From Chloroflexota bacterium (GTDB lineage Bacteria > Chloroflexota > UBA6077 > CF-72): 64,000 bases of DNA. The position numbers and the translations under genes are program-made. The DNA is taken from positions 5,331 to 69,330 of the forward strand of contig DATGER010000134.1 of the NCBI GenBank assembly GCA_035309865.1, in the 5' to 3' direction. The notes under the pieces are model-generated. The model did no database searches. It was given only the letters and a program-made list of their open reading frames with translations, and was not told where the DNA came from. This document shows positions 1 to 7,515 of this stretch, one piece after another. Position 1 is the stretch's first letter, and each line of letters starts with the position of its first letter.

Positions 1-460
1 GGTTTTGAAACAACGGGTTGAAATTAAACGTGTAGCTCAGCGAAATCTGCACGAATCCATCTTGCGGGGGTGGGCTGAGGGTGCACGCTGCCGACCGGAG
101 CGGAAGTGTGCAGGTGACACTCGTCGAGGTGCCCGGCGCGCTGCATGGCAGCGTGCCACCGGTATCCAGCGCCGTGGCACACGCGGCGTTGCCAATCGTA
201 ATCGTCATCTGGTCGGTGCTCGCGTGCTGAGCGCCCGCCACGATGGTGTAGTTGTTGAACGCATCGATTGGCGCGGTCGGACTCCAGTTCGTCGTGAGGA
301 CCGCTGCGCGGGCCATTTCGCGAGCCCCGTTCGACAGCGAAATGTACGTGAACAAGAGGCGGGAGAAGTCCAGGAGCCCCAACATCAGCAGCAGCAGGAG
401 CGGCACGACTACAGCGAACTCGATGATCGCCTGCGCTCGCTGGCGCGGCCGCGCGGTCAC
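1..460 (-). CDS. TadE-like Flp/Tad pilus assembly protein (3' end runs off the window)
   Basis: Absent from the ORF track because there is no stop in the window. My minus-strand translation from GTG at 460 gives MTARPRQRAQAIIEFAVVVPLLLLLMLGLLDFSRLLFTYISLSNGAREMARAA... ending ...VQISLSYTFNFNPLFQN. The QAxxEFAxxxP motif plus hydrophobic helix is the TadE/TadG-type N-terminus. GTGA start/stop overlap with the upstream paralogue. Confidence 0.7.
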   Translation of the reverse strand, partial: MTARPRQRAQAIIEFAVVVPLLLLLMLGLLDFSRLLFTYISLSNGAREMARAAVLTTNWSPTAPIDAFNNYTIVAGAQHASTDQMTITIGNAACATALDTGGTLPCSAPGTSTSVTCTLPLRSAACTLSPPPQDGFVQISLSYTFNFNPLFQN

Positions 461-963
461 AGGATCACCATCGCCGACTGACCCTGAACGCTGATCTGCG
501 GCATTTTGAGGCCCCAGGCCCCCAGTTGCATGCCCGGGAAGAGCGCGACCGACCCGCGGGCCGTAATCGTTACCTGTGCGCCCGCGAGGGCTCCAGCCGC
601 GCGCGCTGCTGAGATCGACGAATAGCTCGTTGCACCGTTGTCCACGGACAGGGTGAAAGTCCAGCCGCACGGCTGCAACCCCCACGCGGTCGGGTTCGAG
701 CAAGCCGTGAGCGCGGGATTCGAAGTCCCAACCAGCCGCCCGAGCACGACGGCGTCGTCGACACTGGCATCGTAGTTTGACTTGGCGCTCACGCGAGCGG
801 CAGCGTGCGCGCCGTCCTGGACCACGACCCCGAACACGAAGGCGCGGCCCAAATCAATCATGCCGAGCAAAAGCATGAGTATGACAGGCAGTACGAACGC
901 GAACTCAACCAGCGCCTGTGCCCGACCACTCGAATGCCTCATGTATTGACTATCGGCAGGCAC
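457..963 (-). CDS. TadE-like Flp/Tad pilus assembly protein
   Basis: 168-aa ORF. The N-terminus ...RAQALVEFAFVLPVILMLLLGMIDLGRAF is a TadE signature. An alternative start is M8 at 942. Confidence 0.75.
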   Translation of the reverse strand: MPADSQYMRHSSGRAQALVEFAFVLPVILMLLLGMIDLGRAFVFGVVVQDGAHAAARVSAKSNYDASVDDAVVLGRLVGTSNPALTACSNPTAWGLQPCGWTFTLSVDNGATSYSSISAARAAGALAGAQVTITARGSVALFPGMQLGAWGLKMPQISVQGQSAMVIL

Positions 964-1039
964 CCCGTTCGGACCTAGCTGCCACGTGGCAGGTTTGCGT
1001 GGCTGACGCGCCGGTCAGCTAAACTGCGCTGGAACGCCG

Positions 1040-1876
1040 GTGTCTCACCCACCCCAGCGGGGACTGGCGAGCTACGCCGCCTACCTGTTCGACGTGGACG
1101 GGACGCTCACGTACCACGGTCACGCCGTGCCCGGCGCGGCCGAAGCGCTCCAGGCGTTGAAGGCGCACGGTAAAAAGATCGTTGCCGTCACGAACAATTC
1201 GTCGCTGAGTCGGCACCAGCTGGCCGAGCGATTTCGCCGGTTCGGCCTGCCTCTGGACGACCACGAGGTCTTTTCGGCGATGGTCGCCACGGCCCAGCTC
1301 GTGGCCCACGAGATGCCGGGCGCGCGCGTCCTGGTGTTTGGCAACCCTGGCTTTCGGAACGAGGTCGAGCGGTGCGGGCTGGTCGTCAGCGACGACGTAG
1401 AGGTCGACTACGTGGTGGTCGGGAACCACACGGGGATCTCGTATAAAGCGCTCACAACCGCGTTGCGGGCCCTGCTGCGCGGGGCGAGATTTGTGGCGGT
1501 CAACGTCGACCGCACGTATGTTGGCGCGGATGGTGATCTGGTGCCGGGCGCGGGCGTCTTCGTCGCCGCCCTCGAGCGTGGGGCGGGTCGGCCACCGGAC
1601 GTGGTCGTCGGCAAGCCGTCGATCACGCTGCTGCTCGAGGCGGCGCACAGCATCGGCCAGCCGGTCGGCGAGTGCCTGTACACGGGTGACAATCTCGAGG
1701 CCGACGTCGCCGGCGCGCACGCGGCCGGCATGGACGCGCTGCTGGTCCTGACCGGCGTCGCCACCAGCGCCGAAGGGTCCGCCGATCCGCCCGAGCACGT
1801 CCTGCCCAGCGTCGCCGACCTGGGGCGGCGGTTCGACGAAGCCGATCGGGGCAGTGATGCTAGTATGCACGTATGA
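1040..1876 (+). CDS. HAD-superfamily hydrolase, subfamily IIA (NagD-like sugar phosphatase)
   Basis: FDVDGTL motif I, VTNNS motif II, GKP and GDNLEADV motifs III/IV. 278 aa. Confidence 0.85.
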   Translation: MSHPPQRGLASYAAYLFDVDGTLTYHGHAVPGAAEALQALKAHGKKIVAVTNNSSLSRHQLAERFRRFGLPLDDHEVFSAMVATAQLVAHEMPGARVLVFGNPGFRNEVERCGLVVSDDVEVDYVVVGNHTGISYKALTTALRALLRGARFVAVNVDRTYVGADGDLVPGAGVFVAALERGAGRPPDVVVGKPSITLLLEAAHSIGQPVGECLYTGDNLEADVAGAHAAGMDALLVLTGVATSAEGSADPPEHVLPSVADLGRRFDEADRGSDASMHV

Positions 1877-2115
1877 AGCGCACCACGATCAGCCTGCCCG
1901 ACGACCTTGCCGCGACTGTCGAACGCGAGGCCCGTCGCCGCCGCAGTTCCGTCTCTGAGATCGTTCGTGCAGCGCTCGCGGCGCATTTCCATCTCGGCGG
2001 CCCGAGGCGCCTCCCGTTCGAATCTCTTGGCAGTAGTGGCCATCGGCACACCGCGCGCGACATCGAGGACATCCTTGCTCGGGAATGGGTCGATGCCATC
2101 GATCGCGATCGTTGA
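1873..2115 (+). CDS. vapB: Ribbon-helix-helix (CopG/VapB-type) antitoxin
   Basis: 80 aa. MKRTTISLPDDLAATVEREARRRRSSVSEIVRAAL is a typical RHH N-terminus. ATGA overlap with the HAD stop. Immediately followed by a PIN gene. Confidence 0.8.
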   Translation: MKRTTISLPDDLAATVEREARRRRSSVSEIVRAALAAHFHLGGPRRLPFESLGSSGHRHTARDIEDILAREWVDAIDRDR

Positions 2116-2509
2116 CACCGGCCCTCTGTACGCCTGGGCTGATCGCTCAGATGAGCACCATGATGCATGTCGTGGCATTCTGGCACGGCCAGATTTCGAG
2201 TTGATCATTCCCACCATGGTTGTCGCAGAGGTCACGTATTTTCTTGGCCTCCGACTTGGCGCGCCCGCCGAAGCTGGCTTCCTGCGGGCTTTGCGCGAGT
2301 TCGAGGTCGAAGCGCCCCTATCCGCCGAATGGCTGCGGATCGCCGAACTTGTCGAACAATACGCCGACTTCCCGCTGGGTGGCACCGACGCTTCCATTGT
2401 CGCGCTCGCCGAGCGGCTCGGCACGGACCTGGTGATTACCCTCGATCGTCGCCATTTGGGCGCTGTTCGGCCACGGCATGTGGCGGCGCTGCGACTGTTG
2501 CCGGATTGA
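2093..2509 (+). CDS. vapC: PIN-domain toxin (VapC family ribonuclease)
   Basis: Internal ATG at 2093 of ORF 1907..2509 gives MPSIAIVDTGPLYAWADRSDEHH...GGTDASIVALAERLG...ITLDRRH, with PIN acidic residues in the expected positions. Overlaps the vapB 3' end by 23 nt. Confidence 0.8.
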   Translation: MPSIAIVDTGPLYAWADRSDEHHDACRGILARPDFELIIPTMVVAEVTYFLGLRLGAPAEAGFLRALREFEVEAPLSAEWLRIAELVEQYADFPLGGTDASIVALAERLGTDLVITLDRRHLGAVRPRHVAALRLLPD

Positions 2510-3269
2510 CCTCGCGGGCCGGGCCGAGCGATCGTGCCCAGGCACGGAGTCGGTACCGCAGCACCAGGGTGATCATCCAGACACCCAGCACGATGGCTTT
2601 GCGCGTGTCGCCGGTGACGCTGGAGATGCCGACGCGGGGCAGATAGTTCACCGGGATCTGGATGACGCGCAGCCCATGCAACAGGCTGAGCAGCATCATC
2701 TCGGGCCCAAAGGCACTGCCGCCGATCGTGAATTCAGACGCGACTTGCGCCAGCGCGTCCCGGCGAATCAACCGCATGGTGCAACCCACATCGGTCAGGT
2801 TCGTGCTGTTGAACAGGAACTCCATCAGCTTGGCCACGCCCCAGTTCCCCCAGCGCAACAGGGCGCCCATGTTCGCGCCGCGCCAGATGAAGGTCCGCGC
2901 GGTGCGGCTGCCGTACACCACGTCGAAGTCGTCGACATAGGCCAGCAGCTTGAAGGTGTCGCGGCCCAGAAAGGTCCCGTCGGGCTCAGAGATCACGATG
3001 TAGTCGCCGCTGGCCTCGCGCAATCCGCGCTGGATGGCATAGCCGTAGCCCTGCCGACGTTCGTGGACTTCCCGTACCAGCGTGCCGCTGACGACCTGCG
3101 CCGTGGCCGCGGCGACTTCTTCGGACGTGCCCGCCGCGGCGTTGTTGTTGACGACCACGATCTCGTCGACAACCTCCGTCGAGGCAAAATCGAGGATGGC
3201 TGCCCGAATCGACTCGCGCTCGTTGTAGGTTGGGAAAATGACTGATATGCGGCTGCCGCGCCACGCCAC
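2436..3269 (-). CDS. Family 2 glycosyltransferase (dolichyl/polyprenyl-phosphate sugar transferase-like)
   Basis: SVIFPTYNERESI...VVNNNAAAGT...DYIVISEPDGTF (DxD-like) ...C-terminal TM segment. The ORF track extends to 3692, but the N-terminal 140 aa are Arg/Ser/Pro junk. I place the start at GTG 3269 (uncertain, since it overlaps the divergent neighbour's start). Confidence 0.8.
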   Translation of the reverse strand: MAWRGSRISVIFPTYNERESIRAAILDFASTEVVDEIVVVNNNAAAGTSEEVAAATAQVVSGTLVREVHERRQGYGYAIQRGLREASGDYIVISEPDGTFLGRDTFKLLAYVDDFDVVYGSRTARTFIWRGANMGALLRWGNWGVAKLMEFLFNSTNLTDVGCTMRLIRRDALAQVASEFTIGGSAFGPEMMLLSLLHGLRVIQIPVNYLPRVGISSVTGDTRKAIVLGVWMITLVLRYRLRAWARSLGPAREVNPATVAAPPHAVAEQRPNGDDRG

Positions 3270-4023
3270 GCCTCTCAGCCTACCAGCCGAGCCGCCGCGC
3301 GAAGCGCTGGCGCGAGACGAAGCGCTGCTCGACCAAGTGCAGTCGGGCGGGCCGCACCTCGAACGCTGGTACGTGGCCGCGTCGCCCGCGGTCGTGCTGG
3401 GCCTCGGTCTGCGGCGGCGGGTGGCGGAGGTGGTTGATCTGGCGCGGTGTGCGGCCGCGGGCGTCGAGGTGCTGCATCGGCGCGCCGGTGGCGGCGCGGT
3501 CCTGGTCGATCGCGACAGCATGCTGTGTGGCGCGATCTGCGTGCCGCTGCCGCATCCGCTACTCGGCGACGACCTGACGGCGTCGTACCGCTGGCTCGGC
3601 GAGCATTTGTCAGCGCGCCTCGCGGGTCTCGGTGTGCAGGGTGCCCGCCGCGTTGAGGTCGACGAGGCTCGCGCTGACGTTGCCGCGCTCAAGACGCAGG
3701 ATGATGCGGTCTCGCGGCTGCTGCTGACGACCTGCTACGGCGCGCTGTCGCCGCACGAGGTGGTGGTCGGCGCGGCCAAACTGGTCGGCCTGGCCCAGGT
3801 TCGCCGCCGCCACGCGGCACTGTTCCAGTTCGGCATTCTGTTAGCTGACCAGTCGCCGCTCGCCGACTTTGTCTTCGTCCGCGACGAACCAACGCGCGAA
3901 GCGGTCAGGGCCGAGCTTCGGCGTCGCACGGTTGGCGTTGCCCAGCTACGCCATGCGCTGCTGGACATGCTGACGCTCGTCGAGCAACTCCGGGTCTCCG
4001 CCTCGCTTCGCTCGCTCCCTTGA
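3238..4023 (+). CDS. Biotin/lipoate A/B protein ligase family protein (LplA-like)
   Basis: HRRAGGGAVLVDRDSMLCGAICVP and AKLVGLAQVRRRHAALFQFGILL match the RRxSGGGAVyHD and K-x-GsAq motifs of the BPL_LplA_LipB domain. Exact start is uncertain. The last ~8 codons are encoded by a dispersed repeat copy. Confidence 0.7.
   Translation: MTDMRLPRHATPLSLPAEPPREALARDEALLDQVQSGGPHLERWYVAASPAVVLGLGLRRRVAEVVDLARCAAAGVEVLHRRAGGGAVLVDRDSMLCGAICVPLPHPLLGDDLTASYRWLGEHLSARLAGLGVQGARRVEVDEARADVAALKTQDDAVSRLLLTTCYGALSPHEVVVGAAKLVGLAQVRRRHAALFQFGILLADQSPLADFVFVRDEPTREAVRAELRRRTVGVAQLRHALLDMLTLVEQLRVSASLRSLP
3998..4020. repeat. Copy of the dispersed intergenic repeat core (reverse orientation)
   Basis: ccgcctcgcttcgctcgctccct is the reverse complement of agggagcgagcgaagcgaggcgg. 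It lies at the convergent junction of the LplA-like and IMPase genes. Confidence 0.6.
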
Positions 4024-4065
4024 GGCCAGAGATCCAGATGACTATTCCACGGCGCCTCAGCGCAG

Positions 4066-4971
4066 CTACGCGCCGATGAGCTTCTGCAGGGGCTTTGGCA
4101 GCTTCGGATGCCACGCCATCCGCGCGGTGAGGCGGTCGACGGCATCGGGGGCGCCCATCAGGAGGGGGCGGCCCCAGTGGCGCAGGGCGGGCGGGCCTTT
4201 GCCACGGTCCGGTGGCTCGGGCTCAAAGCGTTCGAACGCTCGCCAGTGGCCGGTGTTCCAGGTCAGTACCTGTCCGCCGGCTTCGCGCACGATCAGCGCC
4301 CCCGCCGCGACGTCCCAGATGCTCGGCTTGATGAACACGCCCGCCCGAAGGGCGCCGCTGGCGATGAGCACGAGCTCGGCGGTGCAACTGCCCGTGGTGC
4401 GCGCATCGGGCAACGCCCGCGCCGGCCGCGGCACGTCTCGCGCCGGGCGGCGGAAGCGAAACGCGCGCAGGTAGCCGCCCGGCATGGCCATGATCTGGCC
4501 GCGCTCGTCGACGGCGCGCGAGACGCGCACCGGTTGATCGTCGAACCACGCGCCGCCGTCGACGCGCGCGTGGTAAACGCCGGGTCCGAGCGACGGACCG
4601 ACCGGCACCCAGATGCACCCGGCCACGGGCGCGCCATCCGCCAGCAGACCGATCGAAATGCCGAACAGCGGTAAACCAGAGGCGAAATTCATGGTCCCGT
4701 CGATGGGGTCGATCACCCAGACGAAGCGTGCCTCTGCAGCGATGTCGTCGGCGTGCTCCTCGCCCAGCAAGCCGTGGTCGGGAAACGCCGCGCGCAGCTC
4801 GGTGCGCAGGAACGTCTCGACGTCGCGGTCGAGCGCCGTGACGGGATTGTCTTGCTTCTTGCCCTTGAACTCGAGCACGACGACGCTCTTGAACGCGCTG
4901 AGCGCGCGCTCGCCCGCGGCGCGCGCAAGCTCGATCGCCGTCGTCTCGAAGCGTTGGTACTCCGCGCTCAC
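4066..4971 (-). CDS. Inositol monophosphatase family protein
   Basis: WVIDPIDGTMNF and WDVAAGALIVREAGG motifs. 301 aa. 4-nt overlap with the accA stop. Confidence 0.85.
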   Translation of the reverse strand: MSAEYQRFETTAIELARAAGERALSAFKSVVVLEFKGKKQDNPVTALDRDVETFLRTELRAAFPDHGLLGEEHADDIAAEARFVWVIDPIDGTMNFASGLPLFGISIGLLADGAPVAGCIWVPVGPSLGPGVYHARVDGGAWFDDQPVRVSRAVDERGQIMAMPGGYLRAFRFRRPARDVPRPARALPDARTTGSCTAELVLIASGALRAGVFIKPSIWDVAAGALIVREAGGQVLTWNTGHWRAFERFEPEPPDRGKGPPALRHWGRPLLMGAPDAVDRLTARMAWHPKLPKPLQKLIGA

Positions 4972-5816
4972 ACGTTGAAGACGCCGATGCCGCGATAGCG
5001 GTGTGCGCGTTGCACAAGGAGGTCGTCGATGTCGACGCCGTCCAGGGCCGCGAGTTGGGCGACCAACGCTTTTTGGAGCGCTTGCGCGGTGGCGGCGTGA
5101 TCGGTGTGCGCGCCCTCGGGCGGCTCGGGAATGATGGCGTCGATGATGCCGAAGCCGAGCAGGTCGGGCGCGGTGATCTTCAAGGCCTCGGCCGCCTCCG
5201 GGCCGCGCGCGCCGTCATTCCAGAGAATGCTGGCGGCGGCCTCCGGCGAGGCGACCGAATAGATCGCGTTTTCGAGCATCAGAACGCGGTCCGCGAGCCC
5301 GAGGGCGAGCGCGCCACCCGAGCCGCCCTCGCCGACGATGACGCTGACGATCGGGGTCCGCAGACGGCTCATCGCCAGCAAGTTCTCGGCAATCGAAAAG
5401 GCCTGACCCCGTTCCTCGGCGACCAGCGACGGGTCGGCGCCGGGGATGTCGATCAGGGTGATCACCGGGATGCCAAACTTCTCGGCGTGGCGCATGAATC
5501 GCAGCGCCTTGCGATGGCCTTCGGGCCGCGTCATGCCGAAGCGGCGCAGCATGTTCTCTCTGGTGTCGTGGCCCTTCTGATGACCGATGACCATCACCGT
5601 GCGTTGCTCGAGCACTGCCAGGCCGCCGACGATGGCCGCGTCGTCGCCGAACAGGCGATCGCCGTGGAGCTCGAGGAAGTCCGAAAAAGCGAGTTGCAGA
5701 TAGTCGAGCGTGTACGGTCGCTGCGGGTGGCGAGCCAGTTTGACTCGCTCCCAGGCCCCCCGCCGCGGCGCGTCCTGAGGCTTGAGTTTTAGCCGCACCG
5801 GCCCGTTCCGGCTCAT
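4968..5816 (-). CDS. accA: Acetyl-CoA carboxylase carboxyltransferase subunit alpha
   Basis: RHPQRPYTLDY..., VMVIGHQKG..., GEGGSGGALA motifs. Directly downstream of accD with a 4-nt overlap. Confidence 0.9.
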   Translation of the reverse strand: MSRNGPVRLKLKPQDAPRRGAWERVKLARHPQRPYTLDYLQLAFSDFLELHGDRLFGDDAAIVGGLAVLEQRTVMVIGHQKGHDTRENMLRRFGMTRPEGHRKALRFMRHAEKFGIPVITLIDIPGADPSLVAEERGQAFSIAENLLAMSRLRTPIVSVIVGEGGSGGALALGLADRVLMLENAIYSVASPEAAASILWNDGARGPEAAEALKITAPDLLGFGIIDAIIPEPPEGAHTDHAATAQALQKALVAQLAALDGVDIDDLLVQRAHRYRGIGVFNV

Positions 5817-6766
5817 GGCGCCGTTTTCGTCGGAACCCGGCGGACAACGCCGGCGTACAGCCGCAGCACCCGGCTGAGCGTCGGCCGCAGGTCGCGGCGC
5901 TGCACGACCAGGTCGACCATCCCGTGTTCGAGCAGGAACGCCGCGCGTTGAGCATCGGGCGGCAGCTTCTGCTTGGTGATCTGTTCGATGACCCGCGGGC
6001 CGGCAAAGCCGACCAGCGCGCCCTGCTCGACCAGGATGACGTCTCCGACGCCGGCGTAGCTGGCCGTCACGCCGCCCAACGTCGGATCCGCCAGGATCGA
6101 GATGTGCGGCGCCTGCGCCGCGCCGAGGCTGGCCAGCGCGGTCACGGTCTTGGCCATCTGCATGAGCGAGAAGATGCCCTCGTGCATGCGCGCGCCGCCT
6201 GAGGCGCTCACGGTCACGAGCGCCACGCCCCGCCCTGCCGCGCGTTCGGCGGCGCGGGCGATCTTTTCGCCGACGACGCTGCCCATGCTGGCGCCCATGA
6301 AGCCGAAGTCGAGGACCACCAGTTCGAGCGGGACGCCATCGACCGTCGCCCGGCCGCCGATCGCGGCCTCGCGTTCGCCGGTCTTTGACGCCGCCGCGAT
6401 CAGCCGGCGGCTGTAGCTTTCGCCGGTCGCCGCGAACCCAAGTGGATCGGCCGGCGCCAGGTCGGTGTCGTGCTCCACAAACGAGCCGGCGTCAGTGAGC
6501 TGCGCGATCCGCTCGCGTGCGTTGAGCCGCGCATGGTGGTCGCATTTCTGGCAGACCTTCAGGTTGTTCTCGAACTCGCGGATGTACAGGAGCTCGCGGC
6601 AGCGCTCGTTCTCGCACCGCACCCACAGGCCGTCGGCCGTTCGATCGGCGCCTGCGCCAGGCGCCGTACGCGCGACACCCGGGACGGAAATGTGGCGCGG
6701 CTCCTTACGAAACAGGTTGCGCATGCGGCCGTCCCACGGGACTCTAGCATGCTCGGATAGGGCCAT
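5813..6766 (-). CDS. accD: Acetyl-CoA carboxylase carboxyltransferase subunit beta
   Basis: N-terminal zinc ribbon CENERCRELLY...CQKCDHH, followed by a carboxyltransferase domain (GGARMHEG, MGSVVGEK). An alternative start is ATG 6724 (MRNLFRK). Confidence 0.9.
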   Translation of the reverse strand: MALSEHARVPWDGRMRNLFRKEPRHISVPGVARTAPGAGADRTADGLWVRCENERCRELLYIREFENNLKVCQKCDHHARLNARERIAQLTDAGSFVEHDTDLAPADPLGFAATGESYSRRLIAAASKTGEREAAIGGRATVDGVPLELVVLDFGFMGASMGSVVGEKIARAAERAAGRGVALVTVSASGGARMHEGIFSLMQMAKTVTALASLGAAQAPHISILADPTLGGVTASYAGVGDVILVEQGALVGFAGPRVIEQITKQKLPPDAQRAAFLLEHGMVDLVVQRRDLRPTLSRVLRLYAGVVRRVPTKTAP

Positions 6767-7008
6767 TCGGCCCGGCCAGGGGCTTGCCGGGTCGCCCGCC
6801 GCTGGCTATAAGGGCGCACACCGCGCCACTGAGCGCTCAATACCTCCTCGCGCCGGTCTCTAAAGCGACCGGCCCGCCGAGCGTCGCTTGGGCCCCCCAA
6901 GCTTCGCTTGGCGCGAGTCTCGCGCGCTAGCCCTGCCTTCTTGCGGGTTGGCGTTTCCACTCGCGTCACCGCTCGGCCAATCCGCGTTTCCAAGGAGACC
7001 TGTGGTCC

Positions 7009-7515
7009 TTGCTGCCTGTTTTTGTCCGTCACGTCTGGCGCCGTGCGCTGATCTGCGCCTTGTTCAGCACTTTTTCGACCTTTGGCACTGCCGCCGCGGC
7101 ACCCGCGTCGGGTACTCAGGTGGCGGATCTGGCCGAGCACTACGTCGGCAGTCGCTACATCTGGGGCGGAGCCTCGCCCACGGGCTTCGACTGCACCGGT
7201 TTTGTGATGTGGGTCTTCGGCCAGTTCGCCGTGTCACTGCCCCACAACGAGGCCGGCCAGTTAGCGAGCGGCGCCTCGATCAGCGCCGACGACCTGGCGC
7301 CAGGCGACGTGGTCGTCTTTGCCAACACCTACCGGAGCGGTCTGAGCCACGTCGGCATCTACGTCGGCGACGGTCAGTTCGTGCACGCCGCCAACGAATC
7401 GACCGGTGTCATCGTCAACAACCTGTGGGATGACTACTGGGGCCCGCGGTTTGTCGGGGCGAGCCGGCCGATCGCCGGCGGACTAGCGGCGGACAAGGCT
7501 TCCGTCAGTCGCTGA
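7009..7515 (+). CDS. Secreted NlpC/P60 family peptidoglycan endopeptidase
   Basis: Signal-like N-terminus, then YIWGGASPTGFDCTGFV (catalytic Cys) and SHVGIYVGDGQFVHA (catalytic His). AAGGAG RBS about 10 nt upstream of TTG 7009. Confidence 0.85.
   Translation: MLPVFVRHVWRRALICALFSTFSTFGTAAAAPASGTQVADLAEHYVGSRYIWGGASPTGFDCTGFVMWVFGQFAVSLPHNEAGQLASGASISADDLAPGDVVVFANTYRSGLSHVGIYVGDGQFVHAANESTGVIVNNLWDDYWGPRFVGASRPIAGGLAADKASVSR

Noticed and set aside
700-740. tRNA-like T-loop sequence (ggacttcgaatccc on the minus strand).
   Set aside because: No complementary T-stem, acceptor stem or anticodon arm can be drawn, and the sequence lies inside the TadE-like CDS. No other GTTCGAATC-type motifs with tRNA context were seen in the window.
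6767-7008. Possible c-di-AMP (ydaO-type) riboswitch upstream of the NlpC/P60 gene, a common association.
   Set aside because: I see only small hairpins (gcttggg-ccc-cccaagc and the palindrome gcgcgagtctcgcgc). The conserved ydaO elements I recall (GGGGACCCA, GGUGAAUC, CCGACAGCUAACC) are absent, so the call cannot be supported without a covariance-model search.
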